From Eledone cirrhosa (lineage: Eukaryota), in assembly GCA_964016885.1 (NCBI GenBank), contig OZ024740.1, forward strand, positions 44,950,001 through 45,014,000: a stretch of DNA of 64,000 nucleotides, given 5' to 3'. The notes under the pieces are model-generated. The model worked only from the letters and a program-made list of their open reading frames with translations, searched no databases and was not told where the DNA came from. Shown here piece after piece: positions 1 through 64,000 of the stretch. Position 1 is the first letter of the stretch; every line of letters starts with the position of its first letter. A program made the translations under genes and the position numbers.

Positions 1-745
1 TTTCATCAAGAATGATAATTACAATAACCTCTATAGACATGACAAACCACGATATATCTTTACGAGAACACCTACTAACTAGAAGAGAACAAATGTTTCA
101 AACGAAAATTAATGCAACATTGTGAAGCGTAAAGCAAATAAAATAGCTTAAACATCTTTTGAACATAAGAATTACTCGGCCGGTGTTTCGGAACCTTCCA
201 TTAGACGGGATAATATAACAATTATTTGAAAGTTGTATACAAATTTCATTGAGGTCTGGCTTGTGGATTGCGACTTTATCACATTTTATATGGTATATTT
301 ATACAAGACGACACAAATGGTTTGTGACATATATCTTATTTTCATGGTCCAGATATAGATGAATTATGTGTGTGACGTTCTGCGCGCGCCTAATGTTGTA
401 TGCTGGTACTTGATTGAAATTGTAGGATACATTTAGTTAGCCCTAATTCCTATATGGATGGTTGTTTATTGTTTCGTATGATTCTACAAGAGGATTTAAA
501 TTATCTATCATCTTCATCTCCCTGAGAATCGTGTCATATGTATGCAACCGTGTAGTGTTATTTTCTTGTGAAACCTAACGTGGGAGTATGAGTGATTATT
601 ATTTTCTGGTACATTTTATTTTAGTTATTGAATACAATCATTATTTGTGTAGATTTTACGTCTTCCAATTTACCGTTACAGACAAAACAACGACAGTAAA
701 GCCAGACACTGAAAGCGAGTGAATCTATTTCCAAATTAAACTCAC

Positions 746-61452
<60,707 letters not shown>

Positions 61453-61767
61453 CTGAACAAAAGTCAAAATAACATACAGTTAGTAAATGGCTGAAATTTT
61501 TACAGATAGAACAACATTTGTATCAATTTTTAAAATATTCATGCATATGCATATAGTTCTGTGTTTTTGTAATATCCTTTTGTTGTACTTAAAGGTTAAT
61601 GTCTTTATGAAACATTTCTAAATATATTTAACTCGAGCAGTTGTAATTCTGCTATTTACTCACTTAATGGTCTTTACAAATATTTCAAATTAATTTGAAA
61701 TAGACACATTTAATAGTTTTATTCATCACATAAGTTCAAATAGAAACTATCAATATTACTGATAACG

Positions 61768-62139
61768 AATATATTATATTATATATATAATATATATATA
61801 ATATATATATAAATATATATATATATATACATATATATACATATATATACATATATATACATATATATACATATATAAATATATAAATATATATATATAT
61901 AAATATATAAATATATATATACATATATATATAAATATATATATACATATATATACATATATAAATATATAAATATATATATATATAAATATATAAATAT
62001 ATATATACATATATATATAAATATATATATACATATATATATAAATATATATATATATAAATATATATATACATATATATATAAATATATATATATACAT
62101 ATATATACATATATATATAATATATATATATATATATAA

Positions 62140-62170
<31 letters not shown>

Positions 62171-62255
62171 ACTATATATATATACATATATATATATATA
62201 TAAATATATATATATACATATATATATACATATATATACATATATATATATATAA

Positions 62256-62301
<46 letters not shown>

Positions 62302-62377
62302 GTACATATATATATATATACATATATATACATATAAATATATATATATATACATATATATGCATATATATATATAT

Positions 62378-62434
<57 letters not shown>

Positions 62435-62691
62435 TATACATATATATATATATATAAATATATATACATATATATATAATATATATATATATATAAATAT
62501 ATACATATATATACATATATATAGAATATATATATATATATAAATATATATATATACATATATATAGAATATATATATATATATAAATATATATATATAC
62601 ATATATATAAATATATATATATACATATATATACATATATATATAATATATATATATATATAAATATATATATACATATATATATATATAA

Positions 62692-62722
<31 letters not shown>

Positions 62723-63247
62723 AATATATATATATACATATATATACATATATATATATAAATATATATATATACATATATATACATATATATATAATAT
62801 ATATATATATATAAATATATATATATACATACGATATTAAACAAATGGAAACTATATTTATAAAACCATATTTATTTCATTATACATATTTCAGGGATAC
62901 CATATTAAAAATATGGCATGCCTTCGTCAGATAAAATACAATATATAAACAGTTTTATAAATAATTTTGACGTACCATATTATAAGCGACCATTATATTA
63001 GGAAGCTGTCTGGGTAGTGATATGTTTGTAATTATTTAGTTATAGTGTTAAGCACAGTTAGAAAAAAAGACGGAGAGAAAGAAGAAACGGAGGTAAAGAA
63101 AAAACAGAGAAATAGAGGGGAGAGAAAGAAAAGGAGAAAGAGAAAATAAATATAAATATATAGGAGGAAGTAAAAAAGAAGCAAGAGAGAAATAAGAGAG
63201 TCAAACGAAAGCGATAATAATTCATCATACATAAAGATAAACTCAAG

Positions 63248-63297
<50 letters not shown>

Positions 63298-63632
63298 GTA
63301 TATATATATATATGTATATATATATAATATATATATATATATAAATATATATATATACATATATAAATATATATATATACATATATAAATATATATATAT
63401 ACATATATAAATATATATATATACATATATAAATATATATATATACATATATATACATATATAAATATATATATATACATATATATACAATATATATATA
63501 CATATATATACATATATATAATATATATATATATATAAATATATATATATACATATATATACATATAAATATATATATATACATATATATACATATAAAT
63601 ATATATATATACATATATATACATATGTATAA

Positions 63633-63685
<53 letters not shown>

Positions 63686-64000
63686 CATATATATAAATGT
63701 AACTATATATACATATATATAAATGTATATATATATACATATATATAAATGTATATATATATATACATATATATAAATGTATATATATATACATATATAT
63801 AAATGTATATATATATATACATATATATAAATGTATATATATATATACATATATATAAATGTATATATATATACATATATATAAATGTATATATATATAC
63901 ATATATATATAAATATATATATATACATATATATAAATATATATATATATACATATATATAAATATATATATATACACATATATATAAATATATATATAT
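61768..64000. repeat. Degenerate (TA)n/TACA/TAAA satellite blocks interrupted by a Penelope-like remnant at ~62830-63250
   Basis: Direct. Confidence 0.95.
62873..62938 (-). ncRNA. Minimal type I hammerhead ribozyme motif
   Basis: TATTTTAT-CTGACGA-AGGCATGCCATA/TATGGTATCCCT-GAAA-TATGTA-TA-ATGAAATA. Confidence 0.72.

Noticed and set aside
61736-63988. Long YI/IY-rich ORFs (also 21875, 31184, 33266, 55248)
   Set aside because: Translations of (TA)n microsatellites

Overview
AT-rich animal genomic DNA, probably cephalopod/octopus (inferred from SINE and (TA)n content). The supplied ORFs are almost all spurious. The real coding content is on the minus strand: about 78 micro-exons with canonical AG/GT sites, nearly all exactly 30 nt and phase 1-1, spread over the whole window. 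They belong to one large gene that extends beyond both ends. The exons form a higher-order tandem array: a 6-exon ~2.9-kb unit (near-identical copies at 1-16.3 kb, diverged copies to 30.6 kb), a divergent/decayed middle (35-49 kb) and a 5-exon ~3.3-4-kb unit (49-61.5 kb). Spliced, one unit encodes the acidic 60-aa repeat EKPSEVESTV-EVVTEKITRT-ETRSEVESTV-DIVAQEERPK-EQPTEAEATV-EIVTQTESRI, plausibly a titin/PEVK-like spacer (identity not established). Introns hold tRNA-type SINEs with TSDs, a decayed mariner, a Helitron, a GC-rich CRE-like RT fragment, and palindromic Penelope-like remnants carrying minimal hammerhead ribozyme motifs. Coordinates were counted by hand.
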